Assembly (NCBI RefSeq): GCF_001194135.2 | Contig: NC_068986.1 | Location: 46,814,353 to 46,878,352, forward strand | DNA: 64,000 nt | Direction: 5' to 3' | Source of the DNA: Octopus bimaculoides | Lineage: Eukaryota | Shown here: piece by piece, positions 1-10,580 of the stretch | Layout of the letters: the number at the start of each line of letters is the position of its first letter | How positions within the stretch are numbered: the first letter of the stretch is position 1 | The notes under the pieces: model-generated | What the model saw: only the letters and a program-made list of their open reading frames with translations | The model's database searches: none | Told to the model about the DNA's origin: nothing | Program-made: the position numbers and the translations under genes

Positions 1-56
1 GATAAAACAAAAAGTTTGGTTTTACAGCTTTTTTCACGAAATGTAATGTTACTTAA

Positions 57-271
57 GTGGAGGCGCAATGGCCCAGTGGTTAGGGCAGCGGACTCGCGGT
101 CATAGGATCGCGGTTTCGATTCCCAGACCGGGCGTTGTGAGTGTTTATTGAACGAAAACACTTAAAGTTCCACGAGGCTCCGGCAGAGGATGGTGGTGAA
201 CCCTGCTGTACTCTTTCACCACAGCTTTCTCTCACTCTTTCTTTCTGTTTCTGTTCTGCTTGTTATTCAAA
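57..271 (+). mobile_element. tRNA-derived SINE (OR1-like), 5' ~215 bp, 3'-truncated
   Basis: Head GTGGAGGCGCAATGGCCCAGTGGTTAGGGC (A box) and GGTTTCGATTCCC (B box). Colinear with the full copy at 28787-29175 up to GTTATTCAAA. The OR1 name is recalled, not searched. Confidence 0.85.
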
Positions 272-395
272 ACGGAAACACCAAGACTGGTTTGACAACA
301 AGGCGGTCACCACCCTCCTCCAGAAGAAAAAAGAAGCCTTCACAGCCTGGCTCAACGACAAAGACTCCCAAGCCAAGCACGACCGTCTCAAGTCT
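271..395 (+). pseudogene. RTE-clade LINE ORF2 internal fragment
   Basis: Translates KRKHQDWFDNKAVTTLLQKKKEAFTAWLNDKDSQAKHDRLK, matching the RKHQDWFD.N motif between endonuclease and RT in RTE elements. Confidence 0.7.
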
Positions 396-397
396 TT

Positions 398-498
398 GTC
401 TATATTAGTAGATATTTGGCGAAGGTGTCACACAGTGGGACTGAATCGAACCGGGAACTACGTGGTTAGGAAACAAACTTCTTACCACAACCACATTC
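398..498 (-). mobile_element. SINE family B (OR2/CORE-like) 5' fragment
   Basis: Reverse complement reads GTGGTAAGAAGTTTG..AACCACGTAGTTCCCGGTTC..CAGTCCCACTGTGTGACACCTT, overlapping the family seen at 26643. Confidence 0.65.
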
Positions 499-737
499 CC
501 ATCAATGATTGAAGAACACTTTTTTAATACGAGAAATAAATTGTAAGTAATACAGTTGGATTACTCGAAATCAAAGCAAGTGGAAATACAAGTTTAATCA
601 AATGTTAATAAAATCTGAATCCTCGGTCGGCCAATTTAGTTAGAGATAAAAACGAGTAACATGGCGAGCAGAATATAATCTCCTCACTGGTAGGTACAAA
701 ACTCGTACTAGAGTGATGTTAATAAGGAACGAACGTT

Positions 738-948
738 TAGGCAGTGCGCCGTCAGAATCGTTAGCATGGTGGGGAAAATGCTTAGTGGCATTTCGTCCGA
801 CTTTACATTCTGAGTTCAAATTCCTCCGAGGTCAACTTATCCTTTCAATTTTCCCTGATCTAGAAAATAAGTTAAGTACCAGTTGAGTGCTGATGTAATC
901 GACGAGTTTCCTCCCCCAGAACTTGCTGGCCTTGTGCCAAAATTTGAA
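738..948 (+). mobile_element. SINE family A (tRNA-like head, Meta/MESC-like central domain)
   Basis: CAGAATCGTTAGCA..TTCTGAGTTCAAATTC..GAGGTCAACTT..CCTTTCA..AAGTACCAG..CCTTGTGCCAAAATTTGAA, shared with more than 15 other copies in the window. Confidence 0.8.
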
Positions 949-2113
949 CAAGCGAGTTTACTCTTATAAGCGTTAAACTTAATTAATGAAATGAAATGTA
1001 ATTTAGAATCAAACGTACATAATTCTCATACGAGTTAAGTGAATTTGAATTTCAGTGTGGAGGCAAATAAATTCATATTATATGGTTATTTCACGCTCCT
1101 GCACATTTTTGTTATTCACACCCGCAGTGTCTACATAACTCAATGCACATGTATGAGCATGAATGCGTGCTCGAAACTATCTCATTTATTAGAACATTTT
1201 GTTTCATTGCATTTCATGTATGAGATCCGGCCGTATAGAAGACTTACCAGAGAACAACTTTTCTTCCAAACATGTTATATTGAAAACAGGGATTCGAGTT
1301 TAAAAGTTTTGAAATTAAGGATTTCTATTAGTCATTGCCCTCAGTTTGGAATAATAACGTTTCTAAATTGATTTTTGTTTGAAAACCACGGCCACATTTT
1401 CTGAATACAATTATGATAGTAATGCATCACTGCCAAGTCTGAAGTCGGCAGTGCAGGTTTAAGTTAATGAATAATTAATAAAATCGTCGCCGGTTGTTTA
1501 AATGTCAATTGCAGATTGATTTCATAATTTATTTCCTGTATTAGTTGATAATTGTCTTGTATATTACTCTTAGTATAGCTTCCATAGATAATTTTCTACA
1601 TTTTTTTTTTCTGGAATTAGAAATTGGTAAGTGTTATTAATTAATGCTTTCCTCCCTAGTTTTGTTTCATGGTGGGACTAGACCTCGTAGTTCCGAAGCG
1701 AACTTCTTAAACACACGGTTGGCGTGTAAATTCCGGAACCATTAGATTGTCTGGCAAATTACCTTTAGTTGTTTGGAAACTTCTACCAAGCCCTACTTTG
1801 CCTTTTATTCTTCTAGTTTCAATTAAGTGACAGTCTATCAAATAAATACTGGATCCATGGATTTAATATACACTAGAAGGTGATGCATCGATATGGCCAC
1901 ATTCCAATGAGAGAAACCAGACACAGAATAAAAGAAAAGAAAATGAAAGTTAAAACATGTAATGTTATTCATACATTATATTCACACACAGAGACACGTT
2001 TTGCGTATATGTATATGCACATTCATGTATGTGTCGGCATATACATTTCTATGCATATGATTGTCTGCGTATGTGAATGCGTATATAAATATGCATAATA
2101 CGTTATAAAGATA

Positions 2114-2989
2114 CTATCAGACATACCCGGCGTTATTCGGGATTTAAATGGCATAGTTTGTGTATATGGTACAGTTTAGTTGAAACATGTGATACGGGGA
2201 AGTGCAGCATTGACGACAAAGCATTTATGGAGTAAATGAAAGGCTAATTCGACTAAGTGACATGTCATATGTCTGTTTGGAAGATTCCAGGCTCTAACCT
2301 TGTCATGGAAAAGTTGGGGGTATGTGATTTTTGAACGCACCTAAAAGCTCTCAGTGGATATACTGTCGCTGACATAGGAACCACAGCATAGGAACTACAT
2401 CTATGTGATAAATTAAGCATGTGGACCCAATCAACAGCACCACATGAGAAAAATCTACATGAAAGAAATTATATTATAAGGATGGGGGATTGGCTGATGC
2501 TGTTAATGCAGCATTCCTGACCAAGCTAGTACTACGCTGCTCACCATCGCTTTCCATTGCTCTTGCAGTAGCTGTACGTGCAGCATTTTGCGATTGTCTA
2601 ATTGAAATCTCATGTGACGATCCATTCGCGCTCCTTCTTTCCAATTTCTATGTTACCGCCGTATTTCGACAAATGGAGGATCTCTCCTTTGGTGACATTA
2701 TGTCAAGAAATATGACGTAATAAGCTAAGATGAAAATTGTACGTTAATAATTAAATGTCAATAAAAAAATGAAAATAATATTAATATCTTAGCAAATTTT
2801 AAGAAAAGTTATTTCACAAAGAGTTACCTTCGCTCGCCACAGTAGTCGTACTTACCAGGAAAGGGGGTTTCTGGCCTCAGAGGCCACATTACTCATGGGA
2901 TAACTTTTAAGAGTCTAAAACTATCTCTGGAACATAAGCTATGTCCCAGTTTGAAGAAAATCAATTGGGAACTTCAGAAGTTAAACGGG

Positions 2990-3026
<37 letters not shown>

Positions 3027-3068
3027 ACACATACTGAATTCTGTATATATAAATATAGTATAATAGTG
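2114..3068 (-). mobile_element. Non-autonomous Helitron (~950 bp)
   Basis: Minus-strand 3' end has hairpin CCCGAATAACGCCGGG (2126-2141) 11 nt before a degenerate CTAG (ATAG|T). The 5' end CTATTATACTATATTTATATATACAG..TATGTGTGTG resembles the Helitron 5' end at 62647. Carries a RepHel N-terminus remnant. Confidence 0.7.
2495..2698 (-). pseudogene. Helitron RepHel N-terminal remnant
   Basis: MSPKERSSICRNTAVT*KLERRSANGSHEISIRQSQNAARTATARAMESDGEQRSTSLVRNAALTAS resembles the MPPK(K/R)RS start and Arg/Ala-rich helical repeats of animal RepHel ORFs. Contains an in-frame stop. Confidence 0.55.
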
Positions 3069-3589
3069 AACTAACACAAAATGTGTCCGTCTGTGTTTTA
3101 ATTCCATACTTAGTTGTACAGAACACATTTAACTGCTCTATTTTGCTTCGAATGCAAAGGCCATCATGGTTAGAATGACATGATGGTATTTTATTAGTCA
3201 TGTGTCAGTTAATGAATATATGGTGACAGTTATGTGTGCATAAGTAACGTTAATGGCTTACAAAAATTGTCGTGCTATGGAGCTCTATTCTAAGACCAAA
3301 ATAAATATTCTTTAAAAATTAAGAAAAGACAAATTCTATGCCAGGCATCGAGAATTATGAATATATAATACACCAAAGCTAACTCAACAGAAAAGAAATC
3401 ATACAAGATTGTCATCCGAAACAGATTGGTTGTACACTTGCGAATATAAATTGGTGGGATGTGAGACTTTAAAATGTTTCCTTTAACAATTGTGTAAATA
3501 TGAGTAATGTTATCTTAATAATTTAGATAGTGATACACTCAGTTATCATTTTGAATAGAAAGTACATTATTGCGTGGGGGTGTCTTATT

Positions 3590-3748
3590 TATGTGTGTGT
3601 AAGTATGTGCTGGGGGTGTGTGAGTATGCTTTTATGTGTACATATGTATACATATGTGTAAAAATATCTTGTATGTATATCATGTATATATATGTCTATA
3701 TATGTACACACATATATACATATACATGCAAATATATGTGTGTATATG

Positions 3749-3820
<72 letters not shown>

Positions 3821-3919
3821 NNNNNNNNNNNNNNNNNNNNNNNNNNNNNNNNNNNNNNNNNNNNNNNNNNNNNNNNNNNNNNNNNNNNNNNNNNNNNNNN
3901 NNNNNNNNNNNNNNNNNNN

Positions 3920-3950
<31 letters not shown>
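3590..3950. repeat. Compound microsatellite (TG/TA/CT) around an assembly gap
   Basis: (CT)n followed by (AT)n flanking Ns. Similar tracts flank almost every gap in the window. Confidence 0.95.
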
Positions 3951-4236
3951 CAATTGAATTGAGGTATTTTAATAACAAAGACACCAAGGCAGAGTCAAGG
4001 ATAGCATACTTGTGTATCAACAGTGTGTACGGACATTCATGTACTTACGTATACATCCACAAGTATTGAGCAAATACACAACGTATGCATAAAATCACAA
4101 AGGAGTAAACTTCACTATGCAATCTACGGTCCACTGTAGGGTCAAGATCCAATGCAGACAAACACAGACACAAAGACACACACACACACACACATGGATT
4201 GATACACATATACGACGTGATTCTTTTAGTTTCTGT

Positions 4237-4338
4237 CAACCAAATCTACTCACAAGACACTTGTCCAAGACACTTGCCCAAGGTACCATGCAATGGGGCT
4301 GAACCCAGTTGGAAAGCAAGCTGCATACCACACAGCCA
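4237..4338 (-). mobile_element. SINE family B fragment
   Basis: Reverse complement GTGGCTGTGTGGTATGCAGCTTGC..GGTACCTTGGGCAAGTGTCTT contains the CORE-like CCTTGGGCAAGT. Confidence 0.75.
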
Positions 4339-4581
4339 CGACATATATATATACATATATAAAGTAACAAACTGAGGAAAAGGAATCCTTCAAAAAGGTG
4401 TGTTAAACATCCAGTTCACTGGTACGTCAGTTGAATACCATATAAATATTGGTATAATGCCATTACAAAGATCAATTAAATAGATAGGTACTATTTAATT
4501 TATCTCTCTCTCTCTCTNNNNNNNNNNTACATGCATATATGGGTACAAATAGAGAAACGAGACAGGCAACATTAAGAACAA

Positions 4582-4650
4582 TCTCTTCATCAATTGTCCC
4601 CTGTTTTATCTACTCCGCGTTTCGAAGGTAGGGACAAGACGCAACTTCCT
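4582..4650 (-). ncRNA. Candidate rearranged hammerhead ribozyme, copy 1
   Basis: Minus strand: TTGCGTC^TTGTCCC TAC CTTC GAAA CGCG..AAAACAG GGGACAA TTGATGA AGAG. Has a GUC site, 7-bp stem I and 4-5 bp stem III; core C3 is U. Confidence 0.5.
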
Positions 4651-4990
4651 AAAAACAGTCCTTCCCGCAAAGCAAATTAAATAAAACTTGGGATTTTTGT
4701 GGAGGGTTAAAATGGTCCCAAAACAGGACAGTAATATAAAAAAAAACAGTAAAAGCAAACGGCGAGGACTGTTAAGCCATAACGAGGTGAAGTGGTGAAC
4801 GCTGGAGAAAGGAGCTATGACAAGAGACAGGCAAAAGTAAGTCTTATCTCTTGTGAAGCGTGAGGGAAAAAGAACGATAGCCGCTGGTCACGTGTGAGCA
4901 ACGAGAGTGTCAAGGAGGAAAAGTGAGGGAGAGTACCACTTTAACCCTCTGCAAAAATCCCAAATTTTATTTAACTTGCTTTGCAGGAAG

Positions 4991-5067
4991 CTCTGTTTTA
5001 ACGAGGTCGCGTCTTGTCCCAAGCTTCGAAACGGGAGTAGATAAAACAGGGGACAACTGATGAAGGG
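4991..5067 (+). ncRNA. Candidate rearranged hammerhead ribozyme, copy 2
   Basis: CGCGTC^TTGTCCC AAG CTTC GAAA CG..AAAACAG GGGACAA CTGATGA AGGG. Intact CUGAUGA and GAAA cores, GUC at 5011-5013, stem I 5014-5020 with 5050-5056. Confidence 0.55.
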
Positions 5068-5279
5068 ATTATTCTTTATGTTGCCAGTCTCGTTTCTCTA
5101 TTTATTTCTTCCATTGTCCGAAAAAAAGTTCGTTTCCCATATTTTTGATTTTTATGTTCTCGTTTTTCATTTTGTTCATTTTCTGCAGCGTTCACCGCTT
5201 CACCTCATTATGGCCTAACAGCCCTCACCGTTTGCTTTTACAGTATTGTTCTCAATGTCCTGTTTTTGTTATTTACATG

Positions 5280-5311
<32 letters not shown>

Positions 5312-6280
5312 NNNNNNNNNNNNNNNNNNNNNNNNNNNNNNNNNNNNNNNNNNNNNNNNNNNNNNNNNNNNNNNNNNNNNNNNNNNNNNNNNNNNNNNNN
5401 NNNNNNNNNNNNNNNNNNNNNNNNNNNNNNNNNNNNNNNNNNNNNNNNNNNNNNNNNNNNNNNNNNNNNNNNNNNNNNNNNNNNNNNNNNNNNNNNNNNN
5501 NNNNNNNNNNNNNNNNNNNNNNNNNNNNNNNNNNNNNNNNNNNNNNNNNNNNNNNNNNNNNNNNNNNNNNNNNNNNNNNNNNNNNNNNNNNNNNNNNNNN
5601 NNNNNNNNNNNNNNNNNNNNNNNNNNNNNNNNNNNNNNNNNNNNNNNNNNNNNNNNNNNNNNNNNNNNNNNNNNNNNNNNNNNNNNNNNNNNNNNNNNNN
5701 NNNNNNNNNNNNNNNNNNNNNNNNNNNNNNNNNNNNNNNNNNNNNNNNNNNNNNNNNNNNNNNNNNNNNNNNNNNNNNNNNNNNNNNNNNNNNNNNNNNN
5801 NNNNNNNNNNNNNNNNNNNNNNNNNNNNNNNNNNNNNNNNNNNNNNNNNNNNNNNNNNNNNNNNNNNNNNNNNNNNNNNNNNNNNNNNNNNNNNNNNNNN
5901 NNNNNNNNNNNNNNNNNNNNNNNNNNNNNNNNNNNNNNNNNNNNNNNNNNNNNNNNNNNNNNNNNNNNNNNNNNNNNNNNNNNNNNNNNNNNNNNNNNNN
6001 NNNNNNNNNNNNNNNNNNNNNNNNNNNNNNNNNNNNNNNNNNNNNNNNNNNNNNNNNNNNNNNNNNNNNNNNNNNNNNNNNNNNNNNNNNNNNNNNNNNN
6101 NNNNNNNNNNNNNNNNNNNNNNNNNNNNNNNNNNNNNNNNNNNNNNNNNNNNNNNNNNNNNNNNNNNNNNNNNNNNNNNNNNNNNNNNNNNNNNNNNNNN
6201 NNNNNNNNNNNNNNNNNNNNNNNNNNNNNNNNNNNNNNNNNNNNNNNNNNNNNNNNNNNNNNNNNNNNNNNNNNNNNNNN

Positions 6281-6923
6281 TAGCAGTATTTTGCCCGTCG
6301 CTACGTTGTGAGTTCACATTCCGCTGAGGTCGACTTTACCTTTCATCCTTTCGTTGTCTATAAAATAAGTACCAGTGAAACACTGGGGCCGATGAAATCG
6401 ACTTATCCCCTCCTCCACAAAATGCTGCCCTTGTGGCAAAATTTGAAACTATTACTATTATTATTATTAGAGCGGCGAGCTGGCAGAATCGTTAACACGC
6501 CGGGCAAAATGCTTCGCGGCATTTCGTCTGTCCTTACGTTCTGAATTCAAATTCCGCCGAGGTCGACTTTGCCTTTCATCCTTTAGGTGTCGATAAATTA
6601 AGAACAAGTTGCGTACTGGGGTCGATGTAATCGACCTTAATCCTTTCCACAAAATTTGAGGCCCTGTGCTTCCAGTAGAAAGGATTATTATTATTATTAT
6701 ATATTATGATTATTATTATTATTATTATTAAGGCGGCGAGCTGGCAGAATCGTTAGCACGCCGGGTGAGATTCTTTGAGGTATTTCATCTTCCGTTACGT
6801 TCTGAGTTAAAATTCCGCTGAGATTGACTTTATCTTTTATCCTTTCGGGATTGGTAAAATTAGTAATCGACTTAATCCCTTCTCCTAAATTTGAGGCCTT
6901 GTGGTTCCAGTAGAAAGGATTAT
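6281..6923 (+). mobile_element. Three head-to-tail SINE family A copies joined by (ATT)n
   Basis: Copies at ~6281-6450, 6470-6690 and 6730-6923, each with GAGGTCGACTTT(G/A)CCTTTCATCCTTT-like core, separated by (ATT)n tracts. Confidence 0.9.
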
Positions 6924-7974
6924 TTGATGAGGTGGGAAAATGTCAACATTGATGAGGGTAAATTTGATCTCTGAACGGAATGAGAACAAAGCTAAGTCCA
7001 ACAAATTTGAAGCGTTACTACTTTAGCGTCGCGCATTCTTCCTTTTGATACATCTGTAGTAAAGTAAATTATTTTCATTAAAATACTTTAGAATATATCA
7101 TTGATGATTTGATGTATTGCATTCATATTTCTCAATAAATCGAATTAGACAAAATTTTCCTACATTATTATATCTAACATCATTAAACAATAAAAAAAAA
7201 AGTGTTAAAATGTTTTATGGTTTCAATTAATTTTTTTTTTTTCTGAAAGAAAAATTTTCCTTCGTTTCAGAAAATTATTATTAATTATATCAGTGTCATG
7301 AATTGTTGATCTTTGAAAATGTTATAACACTAATTGTTATCTTTGATGTTTTTAATCTAACCGTTAGAATTTCCAATTAATGTCATCTCACTATTAAGAA
7401 TGAATTGCGTTATCTATTAGGTTCCTTTAAAATTCCACGTTTGTCATGATCCTTAAGAGTAAACCTACCGGTGAGGCAATTCTTAATAAAAACTCTGTGT
7501 TTATACATTATGTGCTATTTAAAGTATTCAGAAAATTGCGTTTGGTGGCTGATCATTTCTAAAGAAACACAAATATAGCCATGTAAGAAGTTGGACCACC
7601 ACCAACAACCCGAGAGATACCGATAAAAGCATTTCAAACGTCAATATCACCATGTAATCATCACGAGAAGTAATGTTCAGGAAATTATAGTCTTAAAATA
7701 CGAAACGGTATGCCAATAGCAATTACGAATTTTTCGTTCATTTTAGATCTCAAAAAGAAATCAAGACATTCTTTTCAGCGACGCAAAGCATCATTTGGTA
7801 AACCAATACTCTCACACCACTCTTGGATTACACGACAAGGTAGTAATTGTGTACTATAAGAGAGTCACCCAACTTCTCCTTCTACTTCTTCTCCTCAGAG
7901 ATACTTTCTTCCGCCTCTTCTTAGAATGAAGTAGAGCTACTTATCAATATCTGTAAAATAAAAAGGTAGTCGAT

Positions 7975-8120
7975 TAAGCAGACTAGTGAGAGCAGTGGAC
8001 AAAATACGTTGCGATATTTGGTGTCTGTCTTTATGTTCTGAGTTCAAATCCCGTGAGGATCGATATCGCCTTTCAAACTTGTTGGTTGAGGTTCAACAAG
8101 TACTAGTCTATCAAGTCGAC
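7975..8120 (+). mobile_element. Degenerate SINE family A
   Basis: TTATGTTCTGAGTTCAAATCCCGTGAGGATCGATATCGCCTTTCA. Confidence 0.6.
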
Positions 8121-8169
8121 CGTTGTTGTTCGCCAGAGCTAATCTAATAGACTATTGACCATCCTTGAA

Positions 8170-9705
8170 AATTAAGAGGGCTAGAAATCACAATCTTTAA
8201 TATAGCGCTACAACCGTCCGGGTCGTGAGAGCAAAGGGAACACACATGTAAACAATTAAACAATTAACAAAAAAACTGAAAAAACAAAATTCCGCAATAG
8301 GTCAGGAGAACCACCAACGGGTAACCAAGGCACCTCAATGATCCTGGATGTCCTAGACTGCCATGTGTACCACATGGAGGTACTCCTTTCCCATCCGTTC
8401 TCTTCAGTCAACAGGATCAGATTAGGGCCAGCCAATCAGGTCATTATGGCTACATTCACCTACCCTTCATCCTTCATCAAACTTACAGAAGGTGACAGCA
8501 CATCCACCTCCCTCTTTCACTGTGAAGTGGAATATTACAAAAATGTTGATGCAGGCTTGGCCGAGGAGGAAATTGAGGAGGAGGTATCGAGGAGGAAATC
8601 TTCAGTCCTTTCATTCTCGACCACAAACACAACCTTTTTTGTCATAGCCACCAGGCAGAGTAAAATTACCTGCCCTTCCTGACAAAAGGAGGACGGTGAG
8701 AAGATCTTTATGATGGAGTCAATCGATTGCCGTCCTGCATGCGATAGCACCCGTAACTCCACAAGTCATCAATGCTCAGATACTGTACAAGCGGACAGGA
8801 TGTTTTCGTCACTCTGCGCGCATCTCGGACAGGCTCGATACTACCATGAATGTATATCTTATCTCAAACTGATGATATCACTCATTAGCACTGCTAGTCT
8901 AGGATTTTCTTGAAATTACCCATAGGTTCTGTACTGAGAGTTCTTCGGAGGAGAACAGCCAGTTGATTTTCATTGACGCTGGGAGTTTCCTCGAGGACGT
9001 CGTCACACTTGTCCACCATTAATCTCCTATAGGACTACTTGAAACTTTCAATGGCCGCACTGTCCGATCAGTAGAGGGCTGTGAGCACCCAACGACACTC
9101 TTTGTGTCAAGCACCCAGTCTGATCCGAGACTGCAGCTCTGTCAAAGAGAAGAGCTGCAAAAAAGTGATTCTGACAAATGATGACTATTCTGTTCACCAT
9201 TAAAGAAGTGTTGTAGCTGTCGAAACCTCAATGCATCCGTGCACCTTTAGCTACGGCAGTCCGCCATGCAGCAAATGTTGACAGCAAATAGACCGCCAGT
9301 GAAAGGGATGGAATAGCGAATCCGTCCCCTCCACAGAAAGCATTAGAGCAAGTGCTTTAGTCTGGTCAGCCATAAAACGAGTCAAGACATGACAATTAGG
9401 TAGTAGTAAATGATGGATGAGATGTAAGCGTTCGCTGCCTTCACTTGAACCTTCAGGGATAGCTTTCTCTCGACCCATTCATGGGTGAGATTGACCACCC
9501 TATTCATCACCTCGCTCCTGTTCTTGTCTACCTGGAGATCAGAACCAAACTAGACCACATTTGACCGTATCACCGCTTCGTAGCCCCTCAGAACACTATT
9601 GATCACCTTGCTGTATTTGATGTCCGACACTATAGTGTTGACATCATCTCATAAACTAACTTCACCTCCTTCTAGTTTATACGGGATACCTCTCAAAACT
9701 GCCAA
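8170..9705 (-). mobile_element. L1/Tx1-clade LINE, 3' part of ORF2 plus 3' UTR (decayed)
   Basis: Minus-strand translation gives SL*DDV (YADD remnant ~9640-9655), V*FGSDLQVDKNRSEV..WVERKLSLKVQVKAANAYISSIIYY, FLWRGR, VLSHAGRQSIDSIIKI..EGQVILLCLVAMTKKV and *VNVA. ATTAAA lies near the 3' end. Many stops and frameshifts. Confidence 0.75.
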
Positions 9706-9719
9706 TTTCTGGGTATGAA

Positions 9720-10380
9720 TTTGGTTTTGCTTATGTTTGTAATGTTAGTGGTGTTTGTGAGTGTGAATGTGGTGTGTGGTGGAGTGACGATGATATTGTT
9801 GATAGTACTAGTGTTATTCGTTCAGATCTCCCGGCTTCTTTAGCACAATGTACTTTTTTACTTTTGTTTTCTGAGTATTTTTTTTTTTTGTTATTTCAAG
9901 TGTTCTCCCTTACTTTCGCCAGATGACATTTCTGAGTGGTTGGAGAAGCAGCTCTTGTTATTTTCGTTCCTATTTTGAGATTTTTTGTTACTGTTGTCGG
10001 GGGATGTGATGTCCTTGAGGATGGTGCTTCTTTTGCTGTTTTGTTGTGGTTGTTTTTACTACTAGCATTTTTGCTTTTGTTTTTGCTGTACGTGCCATTT
10101 CCATTAATCGTGCTACTGATGCTACAACCAACATTACTGCGGTTAAATATTATAGCTGGGTGTTACTGTTGTACTTGGTTTCATTATTGTCACTATCGAT
10201 GTTGTAGTGTTGGTGGTAGTAGAGTCCATTTCCCTGCTTCCGCTTCTTCTTCCTGTTGGGGACGGAAGGTGTCAAGGTGATTGGCGTTTCTGCAATTTTA
10301 GCATTAAAGCTTTCTAACCTCCATTATCACCTGCAGTTGTTGCACTCTTGAGATCACTGTTAGGTCGGGGATCTTGTCCA
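9720..10380 (-). mobile_element. Probable L1/Tx1 ORF1 C-terminal low-complexity region
   Basis: Thr/Lys/Asn-rich coding-like sequence on the same strand, directly upstream of the ORF2 remnant. Similar in composition to 38650-38930. Confidence 0.35.
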
Positions 10381-10384
10381 AAGG

Positions 10385-10580
10385 TTTCAAATTTTGTCTA
10401 AGGCCAGCAATATTGAGGGGGAGGGGGGTCAGCCGATACCATCATCCCAGTGCAAGAAGTAGTATTTTATTGTATCGACCTTGGAAGGATGAAAGGAATT
10501 GTTGACCACGGAGGCATTTCGATTCAGAACATAAAGAACTACAAGAAATACTAGATGGCATTTTGTCCGACGCTGCCAGT
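10385..10580 (-). mobile_element. SINE family A
   Basis: Plus-strand ATCGACCTTGGAAGGATGAAAGG..TTGACCACGG..TTCAGAACATAAAG is the reverse complement of the family core. Confidence 0.7.

Larger units (their letters stand above)
4547..5268. repeat. Inverted pair of a ribozyme-bearing repeat, probably Penelope-like element ends
   Basis: 4547-4716 (minus) aligns to 4935-5103 (plus), and 4719-4810 (minus) aligns to 5180-5268 (plus). The Penelope affiliation is inference. Confidence 0.75.

Noticed and set aside
57-140. tRNA-Arg-like sequence (also at 11669, 13040 and 29175)
   Set aside because: These are SINE heads that continue into the SINE body and lack a proper acceptor stem.
1150-1180. ATGAG..CTCGAAAC hammerhead-like string
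   Set aside because: The CUGA core is absent, no stem I or III forms, and the context is low complexity.
1370-1405. Partial similarity (AAAAC...GGCCACATTTT) to the MITE TIR
   Set aside because: The match is short, with no partner TIR or TSD found.
8338-8682. 114-aa plus-strand ORF with an acidic stretch
   Set aside because: It is the antisense frame of the L1/Tx1 ORF2 3' region on the minus strand.
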